From contig OX597832.1 in assembly GCA_951406725.2 (NCBI GenBank), forward strand, positions 69,068,001 through 69,132,000: 64,000 nt of DNA, written 5' to 3'. Numbering within the stretch: position 1 is the first letter of the stretch; the number at the start of each line of letters is the position of its first letter. This stretch comes from Octopus vulgaris. Taxonomy: Eukaryota. Below, piece by piece: positions 28,224 to 40,354 of the stretch. Below the pieces are notes generated by a model that saw nothing but the letters and a program-made list of their open reading frames with translations, had not been told where the DNA came from and ran no database searches. Position numbers and translations under genes: made by a program.

Positions 28224-29640
28224 CATGAGGATGGGCTGGCATGTTTGGAGGCTGATTGTGTAGGAGTGATGCTAGAGCTGCGAAATCTTGCATGCATTCA
28301 TTTCAACTCTTTCTATTAATAGTTGTATTGGTTGTTTACAGGTGAACTGACACCTGAGTGTTCAAAGAAGACTTCAAATACAACAAGTAGCAACTTCTTT
28401 GAAATTGGACAAAATTTAGCATCATGGGGTTTTCAAGAACCTGCAGCAAAAAGGGGTTTAGCCTCCAAGGACATCCATACTGACATGCTGGTCACATTAA
28501 GGGATGCTGCTCCAGCTTTATCAACAGTGCAAAAGTGGGGAGCAGAATCTAGAATGGTGAGTCTTGAAGATGGTCCAAGGTCTGGATGTCCTGCAACTGT
28601 CACCATTGAGAAAAACATTGATCGTATTCATCACATAATGAGGGATGATAGGCAACTGACTGTGAATCAAATAACCAATGCGATTAGCATATCCCATGAG
28701 AGAGATGAGAATATTCTGCCAAATGAACTTGGCATGACAAAGGTTTCTGTTCAGTGGCTGCCACATTTTCTGACACTTGATCAAAAGCACAAAAATCTGA
28801 CTTTGTTTGAGGCAGATCCATCTGGTTTCCTTGAATGTTTCCTAACCCAGAATAAGTGTTGGCTCATCATTTTGAGCCAGAAATAAAGAGACAATCCACA
28901 CAGTGGAAACAACCCACCTCACCTGCTTCAAAGAAAGGCCAAGGTCGTTTCATCTGCAGAGAAGGAGATGAGCCCAGCTTTTTTGAGTGCAAAAGGCATT
29001 GTGTTTATTGACCATCTTCAAAAGATTGGCAGTTACGAAAGACTATCAAGACCAAACTTATGAAAGTCCTTGCTTTCAAAAGCTGCAGTGCATGAGTGTG
29101 GCTTTGAACTGAGTGGTCACTCACCCTATTCTTCTGATTTGTCCCCATCTGACAACCCAACATGATTCCCCAATACGGTAAAATACTTGACTGGGAACTA
29201 GTGACACAATAATGATGATGTCATATCTGCTGTTGATGACCTTTTTGACCAACAGGAGGATAGCTTCTCCCCCAATGTGATCCAAGAACTGCAATAATCT
29301 TTTCTGCTCTAGGCACAAGGCCTGAAACTTTAAGGGAGGGGGCCAGTCGATTAGTTCGACCCCAGTGTGCAACTGGTACTTAATTTATTGACCCAAGAGA
29401 ATGAAAGGCAAAGTTGACCTCAGCAGAATTTGAACTCAGAACGTAAAGACAGACGAAATACCGTTAAGCATTTTGCCCGGCATGTTAACATTTCTACCAT
29501 ATCGCTGCCTTAAGAACAGCAATAATGATGGAAGAAGTGTGTGGATTGCAAGGAGGAATGCGTTGGAAAATAAAGCACATTTGGTTACATTCTACGAGAG
29601 TATCTGAGTCAGCTTATGAACTTTTCAGCCAATCCTCATA
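28224..29640 (+). mobile_element. Decayed mariner (DD34D-type) DNA transposon interrupted by a SINE
   Basis: Transposase remnants STVQKW, SLEDGPRSGCP, VSVQWLPHFLT (WVPxxL motif), HSPYSSDLSPSD (YSPDLAPSD motif, 29118-29153) and C-terminal WKKCVDCKEECVGK*. Imperfect terminal inverted repeats at 28224-28255 and 29609-29640 (23/32 identical), with TA at the right end. Confidence 0.92.
29299..29511 (-). mobile_element. SINE family B inserted in the mariner with a 15-bp TSD
   Basis: Flanked by aagaactgcaataat (29284-29298) and aagaacagcaataat (29512-29526). It has a B-box-like gagttcaaat and the core ggtcaactttgcctttcattc...gtcaataaattaagtaccag. Confidence 0.9.
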
Positions 29641-30879
29641 ATAAAGTTAATTTCTGAAAATGCAAATTAAAAATTTTTGATGAAACATCATTGAAATGGG
29701 GAAACAAAATACATACCTAAAAATAAAATAAAAAGGAAACAAAATAACTGAACAAGGAATGAGATCCTGTTAAATGAAATATTATTATGTGAATAAATTG
29801 AAATGTGAATAATTAAGCTAGAACAAAGAATAAATAACAGGAAACACTAGAAGGAGAGTGAGAACAGAGAGGGAGAGAAAGAAAAGGGGGGAAAGATAGA
29901 GGGGAGGGAGATTGAAGAGAGGGGAGAGAGAGGGAAGATAATGTGCGTGTGTGACGGAGAGAGATAAAGAGAGGAAGAGAGAAAGAGGAAAGAATTTCAC
30001 TTGATGAGGATGTCAACATGTTTGGAGATATCGTTCAGCTGTTGTCTTTTCACTTGATTCAGTCAATTGACTACGGCCATGCTGGGGCACCACTTTGAAG
30101 TGTTTAGTGGAAAAGATTGACTCCAGTACTTATTTTATCAATCTCTTTTGCTAAATTACAGGGATGGAAACAAACCAACGCCAGTCATCAAGTGGTGGTG
30201 AAAAAAGCAAACACACCCAAACACACACCCGTATCAACATTGCATAATCCCTGTCTCCCATTCTAACATGTTTTGCATTGTTCAACAGGAGCTGAGGATC
30301 CAGAGGACTGTGCCAGGCTCCACTGTCTGCTTTGGCATTGTTTCAATGGCTGGATGCTTTTCCCAGCACTTTTTATGTGGCACCAACACTGGTGAGGTCA
30401 CCTAGTAACCTGCAAGACAAGACTATTCAACCAAGGGCTGCTTACTATTGATGGACGTGACTTCATTCAAGTTGATGAGAACTTAAAGTATTACAGAAGG
30501 ATAGAAACAGGTGTCTTGCAGTTGAGATGTGTGCTTACTTCAATTGGAAGAGGAGAGATGGTAAAGAGGCATTAAGGCATACCCTTAAGTTAGAGGAAGG
30601 TGAATGTAAGAGAAATAGTCCTGAGCAAGGTGAATGGGTGGGTAAGTCTGTGACTGCTTGAAAGGAGAGTGGATAATGGAAAGAGATGGAGACAGAGGTG
30701 AGAGCAGTGAAGAGTGAACAGGAGTGGGAGTGTGATCAATGGTGAAGGAGAGAGGATGGAAGAAATGGGTTTAGGAAAGGAAGGTGATGGCTGACAGCAC
30801 ACATGAAGGGGTATGTGGGTGGTGAGCAAGAGATGCAGAAGAGACACTTTAGGGACAGAGTGGGTCAGGGGAATTGATG

Positions 30880-31215
30880 TAAGGGATATGCTTGCAGAGC
30901 CTCATTTGTGCAAGTTGCAAATAATCTTGGTCTTTTGTCATCTCGTCTGTGAGACTCAACGACTGGAGGCTATTTTTCCCTCCTTCATCTCAAACCTTCT
31001 TGGGTCTGCTTCTTCAATAGGTTCCATTCGCATTGACACTTCTTTATGTAACTCTCCCCATCCACACACATCATATGACCAGTGTGACTTTGTCTTGCAC
31101 AATGATGTTACTCTCATACAGCAGAGCATGCTCGTTTCATCCCTTTCTAAACTTTGCCATTCCTCTGCATTCATGGCCCACATTTCACAACCATTTTGTA
31201 AAAGACAATATAAGT
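30880..31215 (-). mobile_element. RTE-clade LINE C-terminal fragment
   Basis: MWAMNAEEWQSLERDETSMLCCM matches the RTE motif ETW......RLER.E..MLRWM, also seen at 58210-58330. Confidence 0.7.
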
Positions 31216-32329
31216 ATGTTGGGAAATTCTAATATTAATATAATAATATTTACATAATAATATTAATATAGTCTCAAGTACAAGCATTTATGTAACTGGA
31301 ACAGATTTAGTTTCATGTGGGTTGGTATCCCAAAAGTTTAAGCAATTTCAACGTATATATCCTATATTTTCAAAATGTTTTAACGGAGGAAGGTTTACAT
31401 AATAGATGAATTCCCTGTTATATACTACACAAAACTTAAGTGTAAAACATCACTGCTATGGTTTGACTTCAAGATTACAACAATACATGTGTGAGTGCGT
31501 GTGTATCCTTCCATCAGGCTTCCACACAGTTTCTATCTACCAAATTCACTCACAAGGCAGACCTGGGACTGTAGATAAACACACTGGCCCAAAGTGCCAC
31601 ACAGTGGGACTGAACTCAAACCAAGCAGTTTCAAACCAAGCTTCTTAACCATGCAGCCATAAAAGTACCTGTAAGAACTCTTATGAATCTAATCACCTCC
31701 ACAATGACATTTGTGAAAGGTTGATTTCATGCCAAACTCTAGTCAATCTTTCAAGTATAGAAAGCAACAATTTGCTATTCAAATCTCTGTGTGTGTGAAC
31801 ACACATGTGTTGTGTGTGTGCGTGTGTGTTTGTAACTGTTTCTATTCCTTTATATATCATATACAATATTGTAGGAAAATTAATAATAGTCATTTTCAAA
31901 AAAATTTTTTCTTTATTAATTCTTTTGTGGTTAGATTTTTAATGAAACAGACTGTCAACGTGTTTCAATAAATTTCAAAAATCAAAATCAAAAATAAATT
32001 TCAAGGAATTAGTAATTCGATTTTGCATTATTAATGCTTTGTGTTATATATTCAGATTCTCTATATCCTGAGTTCAAATCCTGCTGAGGTCAACTAAACT
32101 TTTTGTCCTTCCAAATAAAATACCAGTGAAGTACAGAGGATAATCGTATCAATTAACCCCTTCTCGCACCTTGAAATTGCTGGCTTTGGGCCTAAATCAG
32201 AAACCATTATTAATTCTTTTACCATTTACTTGTTTCAGCTCAAGAGCTGTGGCAATGCTGGTGCACTGCCACTAACTGTGCTGCATTTTCACTACTTGAA
32301 ACCTTCTCTGACCTGCAGCATTTGATGAA

Positions 32330-32650
32330 TGATGGAGTTTAAGGTTGCTATCCTCATCAACATATCCTGCCACAAAGTAGGTTCATCTGGAACTCTTCAT
32401 AGGAAGAAATACAGTTTTGCTTTGAAAACATCTACATCCACCCGTGTGGGTCTCATAAGCTTTTGGGGGAGAATATTGAAGTGTTCTGGGCCATTGAAAC
32501 TCAAGATTCTGCAGTATCTGGTCCTATATTTGATGGTGATGCATTGGCACAATGCAGTGGTACACTGTTCTGCTGTTTGTGTAACTTTTAATGCCAAAAA
32601 TTTGGTACAAGTCCTTCCAAGACATCTTACACTCCAAGTTCAAAACCTGC
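32330..32650 (-). mobile_element. CR1-clade LINE 3' fragment
   Basis: LSFNGPEHFNILPQKL...VDVDVFKAKLYFFL, followed by VPDEP. Confidence 0.75.
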
Positions 32651-33742
32651 AAACATCATTGCCTTTCATTCATCAGAGTCTAATAAAAATAAAGAACCAG
32701 TCAGAGACAAGAGTACTGGCAGTGACTAACCCACCCACTATCCTAGAAATTGCTTGCTTTCTGTCTAAATCACAAACAATTCTTAAGCTGGAGATTTCTA
32801 ATATAAATTTCAAAAAGGTTTTTACATAACACTGTGCTGCAAGATTTTCATATAAAAGATAATGTGACTGCTTTCAAACGTGAGCTTTTATATGACCAGA
32901 CAAGACAGAGTCTCATGTGGGGATAGGGTCCAAAAGTTTAAACAATTTCAACAGTAGCACATTGTCAGAACTGGATAAAATGCCTTGTGGTGCTTATTAA
33001 ATCCATTTAACTTTACTGTCTGGGCTCAAGTTTCATGAGGTTATGAATAATATACCCTTTGACCATTGGAAACTTAATGCTAAGATATTTATGTTGTTGT
33101 TATTTAACCCAGATCCGTTCTGGCCAAGCATACTTGTCAGCAAAGATATGCCAATCACAATCATCTCATATTTTGCCTACGTTTGATGGAATCAAACCAA
33201 CTCTTTAAGGGAAATTGGTTACTATTTTTATGATGAATGACACATAGCACTTTTTGAAATAGAGTGGAGAGGATTTGAACTTGGAGTATTAAGGGGTGTA
33301 ATTAAATAGCATAATGTAGTTGTTTTAATGCTCTGCTGATTATGCAAATAACTTCTCTAATTGTATTTCAATATCATTTTCTAATACCTGCTTTATTAAG
33401 TTCATTTCTTAACTATGTAGAAGAGAAAACTTACAATATTTTAAAGGTAATTATCAAAATGGTAGTATTTAGTAAGGATCTCTGATCTTACATTTAGATA
33501 ATTTACTTAATTGTTGATGTTTTTCAGGACAAGATTATTTCAATGCTTATATATTCAATGCATTGTGTTCCTTACATACTTGTTTTCTTAGAAAGTGTGC
33601 AAGAGTTTTAAATTTTGGCCAACACACTAATTCTTGGGGAAATATGACTGACAGTTCATGATTTGGGCTTTTAAAAATCATATTCTGATTCTGTTCACCA
33701 AATATTTATCCCCCTACATCACTCAGACCTGCCAGACTGTAA

Positions 33743-33790
<48 letters not shown>

Positions 33791-35019
33791 GCAAATACAT
33801 AGATACCATTATCAAAAGTAGATCAAGATGGCAAGCAGAAATTATTGAATTCACATTCAAAATAGATTAATCCATTATTTAGTAAATTATAACTATAAAT
33901 TCTTCGAAGTTTTCCAGTTTGGATGTTGTAAACTTCAAGAAATTGATGGTGAAAATGCAACTTATTTATGAGAGGAAAGTATGAAAAATTTTCTTATCTT
34001 TTGTGTAATTAATTGTGTTTCTGATGGGTAATGGGAGATAAGAATGATTTCTAATTGTAAATAGTGAGAAAGTGTCTTGTTTGTGGGGAAGTCATCAATT
34101 TGTTCCAAAATATCAAAGACAAGTGTCAAGATAAGGAACTTAGAGTTACACAGAAATAGATTGGAAGAATAGAATATAAGGAATGTTTCTAAAACAAACA
34201 CACACTTAAAATACCACAGATGATCTGAAATACCATCATCATCATTTAATGTCTGTTTTCCAATGAGACTCCTTTCTACCATAGGCACAAGGCCTGGAAT
34301 TTTGTGGTGGGTGGAGGGGGATATTTGATTACATCTACTCCACTACTTGACTGCTATTCATTTCATCAACCAAAAAATGAATGGAAGCTAAAGGTGAGCT
34401 TGGTGGAATTTGAACTCTGAACATAATGTGTCAGAAATAGGAATAATAATGATGATGATGATGATGTGACACACTGTTTTTACGTCCTGTTTTTGTCACA
34501 TTTTTTTCCTTGTTTTTACCCCTCTGCAAAGGAATTTTATTTAATTCTTTTGCAGGAAGGACTAGTTCGATGAGACGTGTTCTGTCCTCACCTTCGAAAC
34601 ACGCTGGAGTTGAACTAGGGACAGCTGATGAAGGGGATTTTTCCTTGTGTAGTTGTCTTGTACTCTGTTTTTTTGTTGTTAAAAAAATGGTCCATTCCAT
34701 GCTGTTTTTACTTTTTCGTTTCTCATTGAGTTCTACGTCTATTTGTGGTGTCCTGTACAAACGTATATATATTTATATATGCATGTATATATACATGTAG
34801 ATGTAGGTACGTACATATATGTTTGTATGTATGCATATATTTTATTTATTACACTATTGTATGACTGAGCGCCCTCGCGTCGATTCGATTCGTTTCGGTT
34901 TGTTTCGTTTCTTCTTCTTCTCTAAGCTGGTTTATATATATATATATATATATGTTTGCATGGATATATATATATATATATACATACATATATATATATA
35001 CATACATATATATATATAT

Positions 35020-35064
<45 letters not shown>

Positions 35065-35097
35065 TACATATATACATACATATATATATATATATAT

Positions 35098-35136
<39 letters not shown>

Positions 35137-35144
35137 CATACATA

Positions 35145-36628
35145 TCTCTTATTATAAAAGGCAGATTTTATCTGCCGCCCTTTGTCAGTTATAGAAATCT
35201 ACAATATAGGATTTCTTCAATTACAATTTACCTAGCATTTTTAAGAGTAGAATGCATCGGGTCATGCCAGGTCCAGTTTTTAAAATTTAAACTCCAATTA
35301 AGCAAAATTTACAGAAAACTCACATTCTGGTGTGTATGTCAAATGCTTTTCTTAATGTGGTTTACACCACACGCAAACGCACACACACACAAACGGAGCG
35401 AACTGTTTCACTGACGCTATCACCCTTCTCCTCCTTTGTCTTTGCAAGTTTGCAGCTATTAAAGTGAAAACAGTGAATCCGACAGCGATAAAGAAAATGA
35501 ATTGGTACCTGAATGGAGTGAAAATTTAAAACTGTTTCTTTCGGTGATTTTTCTGAAGAAACTGGACCAAGTCACAGACTTTCCCAGAAGAGTAAAGCCT
35601 TAGGCTATTTCTATTTACTTTTTCGATTGAGCCTATTTGAAATCATTACGGCAGAAACGAACCGTTACGCTAAACGTAAACAAAACGAAAGAAAGGATAG
35701 TTTGTTATTTCCCACAACCTTAAATGAAATTAAGGCCTATTTTGCCATAAATATTATTATGGGTATCAGAAAGTTACCCAGAATAACAAATTCTATCGTA
35801 AAATTTTGTTGTATACCCAATTGAATATTAGCTAATAACCCATTTTCTATAGCGATGTTTGAACAAAATTTTAATAATTTTATATATTGTTGAATTTACC
35901 TGTATCTACCTGCAATTAGAGTCACTTTATGACAAAAATTATAGTATAGAATTGGTTGAGGACATTTCATTAAATTATCTTCCAAAAATCACATTAATAT
36001 ATTGATAAATAAAAAAGTTATTGTTGTTTAATGAAACCAGACTAAATTTATGATTACGTTAGAAATTAATTGAAACACATAAGGGGTGTATTTTGGTCAG
36101 AAATATAGTAACGAAAGGGTTAAGAAAAACCAAAAAATATTTTATTCTTTATAAATGTTGTATTCAAAATAACATTTTCTTTTAAGAATGCGTATATAAC
36201 AAAGTATGTGTATATAACTACGTGGCTTATATCTTTATATATAAGAGTGAAGTTGTGTGTCTGTCTCCTACGATTTAGATTCCTAACTACTCCCACATTT
36301 TGCGGTGCAGTGTAACCAAAACCGGGTATCTTATAGTCGTGAGTCATATCGAGCCCTTCTGGGTATTAGCGCGCGTCTACGATGAGTCTACGATTTAAAA
36401 AAATTTACCATCATATTTTTCCATTTTAATGCATTTTTTTCGCTATTATATAAGGGAAGTAACTCTCTAAAAATATCTACGATGTGTCAACGATTTAAGA
36501 AGAAATTTACCTTAATTTTTTTTCCATTTTTAATGCATTGTTTTCCTATTTTTTGGCTATAACTCTCTAAAAATGCTTATATAGTTATTTCCCTTACAAA
36601 CCCGAGCAACGCCGGGCGATACTGCTAG
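35145..36628 (+). mobile_element. Composite non-autonomous Helitron with two 5' TC ends and one 3' hairpin-CTAG end
   Basis: A|TCTCTTATTATAAAAG at 35145 and a second A|TCTTTATATATAAGAG at 36232. The 3' hairpin CCCG-agcaacgc-CGGG (36601-36616) is followed by CTAG|T (36625-36628). An internal ~100-bp direct repeat lies at 36376-36574. Confidence 0.8.
35540..35795 (+). pseudogene. piggyBac (PGBD-like) transposase N-terminal fragment inside the Helitron
   Basis: LGYFYLLFRLSLFEIITAETNRYAKRKQ...PTTLNEIKAYFAINIIMGIRKLPRI matches the piggyBac pattern F.LF.......I..ETN.YA...TT..E.KA.....I.MG..KLP. A piggyBac-like end, ...cgaaaGGG|TTAA, lies at 36117-36123. Confidence 0.8.
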
Positions 36629-36924
36629 TATATATATATATGCATACATATATATATATATGCATGTATGTATATGTGCATGTAAGTGTGTGTGTGTATA
36701 TACACACACACGCACAAAAGAAACACATGCAGATACCCAGATATATACGTAGACTGACACATATCATCGTTATATATACGTTACGATATACATTTGTATT
36801 TGTTTTACATCTCAGGTAAAAAACACAAATTTATGTATCAAACACTAAATCACACATACACTTTTTTGTGTGTCTGTGTGTGTAAGCTGTTTTGTCTTTT
36901 TTCTATGTTTACATGTATAGAACA

Positions 36925-37740
36925 GATCTGCTGCCTCTCAGCATTGCACCACTTGTCATCCTGCTTCATAAGGTTCAGCTTCCAAATATTAACTTTAACT
37001 ACGACTTCCCGTGACATCTTTGATATCTCTCAACCACTGCCAGCTTTGGCTCACAGTATTTTTGCATTTTATCCAGCTGTTATCATCCATAAACATCGCA
37101 ATCCCATAAAGTGAAATCTTCTTTCAGGCACCATACATATGATTGCTTGTATCCCCAGTTTCTCTCCTAATTCTCTTAATATGCTACACCTTTCATGCAC
37201 TCTAATATTATACAAACATTCGGTGAAACATGCTTCTTTCATTTCTGAAACACTTTTACATACTCTTCCTTTCAACAGTCATGTTTCATTGCCATGCAGC
37301 ATTGTGTTTTATTCACAAGCATCACACAATCTACACTTCCATCAAAAAGAGAAATCGTTTATGACCAAAAGAGTTATTAATGCCATGGACATTTTCCCAT
37401 CCTGTTCTTTTTCTCTGACATTCCAACTTTCAGAGAATTCCAACTTATTGCCCAGTAGTTTTATTTCACATCAAACACTATCATCTTTCATGGATTCTTC
37501 CACAGAATTGAAATAGAATCTATTTCACACATACCCTTAAAAGTTAACTAATCTTCTGTTTCAACCACATACAAGGTTTTGCTTAACTGATACACAAAGT
37601 CTGATCCCATTACATATCTTGGGCACCCATAGCTTACATTTCATACACCACCAAGAAGACTTCCTACTAATTCCTTTTCTATTCATCAAACCTGGCCATT
37701 TCCCAGAGTGAAGTATATTACTTGGTTCTGACATTTCTTA
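36925..37740 (-). mobile_element. Decayed RTE-clade LINE fragment between the two Helitrons
   Basis: NIRVHERCSILRELGEKLGIQAIICMVPERRFH resembles the RTE C-terminus. Its DNA is similar to 58290-58380. Confidence 0.6.
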
Positions 37741-37783
37741 GTTAAAATAAAAGCCTATATAAGTATTACTGGTTTAGATAATA

Positions 37784-39485
37784 CTAGCATTATGACCCGG
37801 CGTTGCCGGGTCATAGTGCTAGTGCATATATATGTGTGTACATATTACATGTACATCTATATATATACATATTGTTATATTTCGGAATGGTCATTTTGCC
37901 AGTTTAGCCAATAAAACACTATATATTTGGTGTTATTTTGTTTCAGTGTTATTTATTTTTTACATGTGTATATTTATATACACATCTACACATAAAATAC
38001 AAAATACAAAGTTATATCTTGATATCACTAGTGATAACAATACTCAAAATATATAACAGACTGGAATTGTAGGCCTTGCAATTTCAATCAATTGTATCTT
38101 GTCCTCTCTCTTGTATAGAAGTGTGGCTACAATCTAGCCTACCTCTACTTCTGGGGGGACATTTTTAATTTTTATCCAGGACGTCCTACGTCCCAGATAT
38201 AAAGGTAAAAATAAAATATTTCCACTTTGCAAGGTTCGAGTTGAGTACTCCCTTGCACGCTCCGTTGACTCGAATCTTGCTTCTATTGTGGCAAATTTAT
38301 CGCCTCTGGTTAGATATTTGATATCTTTCATAGTCACACCCAGACACTTTTCAATGGTGCTTTCCTCCAGGTGTTCAAATCTTTTTTTTTCTCTACATTG
38401 TATACTTTATAGACAATAGTCTTTTCTTTAATTTAATTTTTTATTTCGTTTGGTGGTGTTATCCTAGATTCACCGTCTTTGTCAGTGATCAATCCGAAAT
38501 AGGTTTGTATTTCTTCCATTTTAATTTTAATGAGTTCGCCGCCCGCCAACGGCTGCAGCGAAATTCATTTTTGGACTTTCTTCTATCGAAGACATTTTAA
38601 CAAAAATTCTTCCGTGTAAACGGTGAAAATATTGTCAATTTCCCCAAACAGGGACACAATTCAATTTTTAAACAATAACCAAAGCTCCTTCTCCCAAAGG
38701 GGGAGGGTTATGGTTTACAATTATTTAACAAATGCAACACAACAACGTTTCCCTTACGAGGAACCAACAAACTTGATAACAATAGTTAAACAGTAATAAT
38801 AATAACAACAAACCTTACGGTGAATCAAAAAGCAGTACTCTATTGAAGCTATAGGCCTTTATGGATCAGAAATAAACCAACAGCAGTACTCAATAGAAGC
38901 ATCTGTTCGAGAAAACAGACATTACATACAGCCAAACTTCATATAGATACTTAATGCTAGCTAATTAGCAAATAATCTAATGTAAAAGCCGTGCACAGCT
39001 CCATCTGAACTATTCCATTTCTGCACGCTAATTTTATTTTTTATTTATTCCCATTCATGTGAAGCCACATCAAGTCATTGATGCAATTTTATACCAATTG
39101 CTATTTTTACTATTAATTGTTATGTTATGATTTAATTATTATATCATACTTTAGTTTGATTTTAATTATTACTTACTACATATAATTAAATTGTTATTAT
39201 TATCTATAATTTTTATTGTTAAAGTGAAAGTACCTAACATAAAACAGAGAGATGTTTTTGTTTCACTTTTAACACGTAATACTGAAATAGTGGAGAAGAT
39301 ATGATATTGCTATGGGCTCGCCCTAGGCAAGAAATTGAACATTTTTTTGCCCATGAAACTACATAGACCCTAAGTAAGGCATGTGTAAAATTTGAATGAA
39401 ATTGGTCGTGTAGTTCTCAAGTTTTAGGGAAACACACAGACAGACAGACAGACAACACACATTCTCAGTTTTATATATAGAGAGA
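37784..39485 (-). mobile_element. Composite non-autonomous Helitron on the minus strand
   Basis: 5' end A|TCTCTCTATATATAAAA...(GTCT)n at 39485, with a possible second TC start at 38947. The 3' end gacccggcaacgccgggtcataatgCTAG|T at 37784 is closely similar to the 3' end at 36601-36628. Confidence 0.8.
38060..38519 (-). pseudogene. Disrupted ORF inside the Helitron, possibly an L1/Tx1 ORF1-like N-terminus
   Basis: MEEIQTYFGLITDKDGESRITPPNEIKN*IKEKTIVYKVY, then a frameshift at an A-run, then LEESTIEKCLGVTMKDIKYLTRGDKFATIEARFESTERAREYSTRTLQSGNILFLPLYLGRRTSWIKIKNVPPEVEVG*. The I.I.NVP.E motif suggests ORF1p RRMs. The family call is tentative. Confidence 0.45.
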
Positions 39486-40115
39486 TAGTTATATAATATA
39501 GCATATAACTAGTTATACTAATAATATAGATATGATATATAATATTGTGTATTAGTTTCATTATATTGTTAGTTATAGCAATATACTTATAGTATTACAT
39601 TATTCCAGTAAATAAATAGTTACAATACTATACTGTATGATATAGTATGCAATATAGTATATTACCTCTAGTATTATGTTAGCTATAGTAATTTAAAAAC
39701 AGTATAGTACGTTGCTCCAGTATATTACTAGTTATAGTAAAAAATTATAGTAATATCGTATTGTATATTAGTGCCACGTTTAGTTGCTTTCTTATTGTCA
39801 AACCTCTTTTAAATTTTAAACAAATTTCATGTCCATCTGTGCACATACACATGCACACACATTCACACATTTATCAACTCTCTCACACACATGTATTCCA
39901 CATGTGTTGCTATAGACACAGGAATGTTAAATTATCACAGACATACCAAGCTCATATGTATAGACAGCCATTGAATATTTAACATTGATATTTGGGACAG
40001 GGATGGCACATGGACAACACATTGGATGTAGTTGTTACTCTTGCATTTTATAATCACATACATATGCTATATCTATCTATCTGTCTGTCTGCCTGCCTGT
40101 CTGTCTATCTGTGTA

Positions 40116-40148
<33 letters not shown>

Positions 40149-40315
40149 GTATATATATATATATATATGTGTGTATGTATATGTATGTATATGTATATAT
40201 ATATATATATTTGTATGTATATATGTATATATATATATATGTATGTATATATATATATATGTATGTATATATATATATATATGTATGTATATATGTGTAT
40301 GTATGTATGTATATA

Positions 40316-40354
<39 letters not shown>

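Noticed and set aside
31669-31775. LLLSILERLTRVWHE as the missing upstream CCDC39 exon (human ALTLQLERLTLEC...)
   Set aside because: No AG/GT pair gives an open phase-0 exon of about 93 nt, and in-frame stops intervene.
34560-34660. Hammerhead motif in a pLTR-like repeat
   Set aside because: CTGATGA and GAAAC are present, but I could not arrange them into a valid core with stems.
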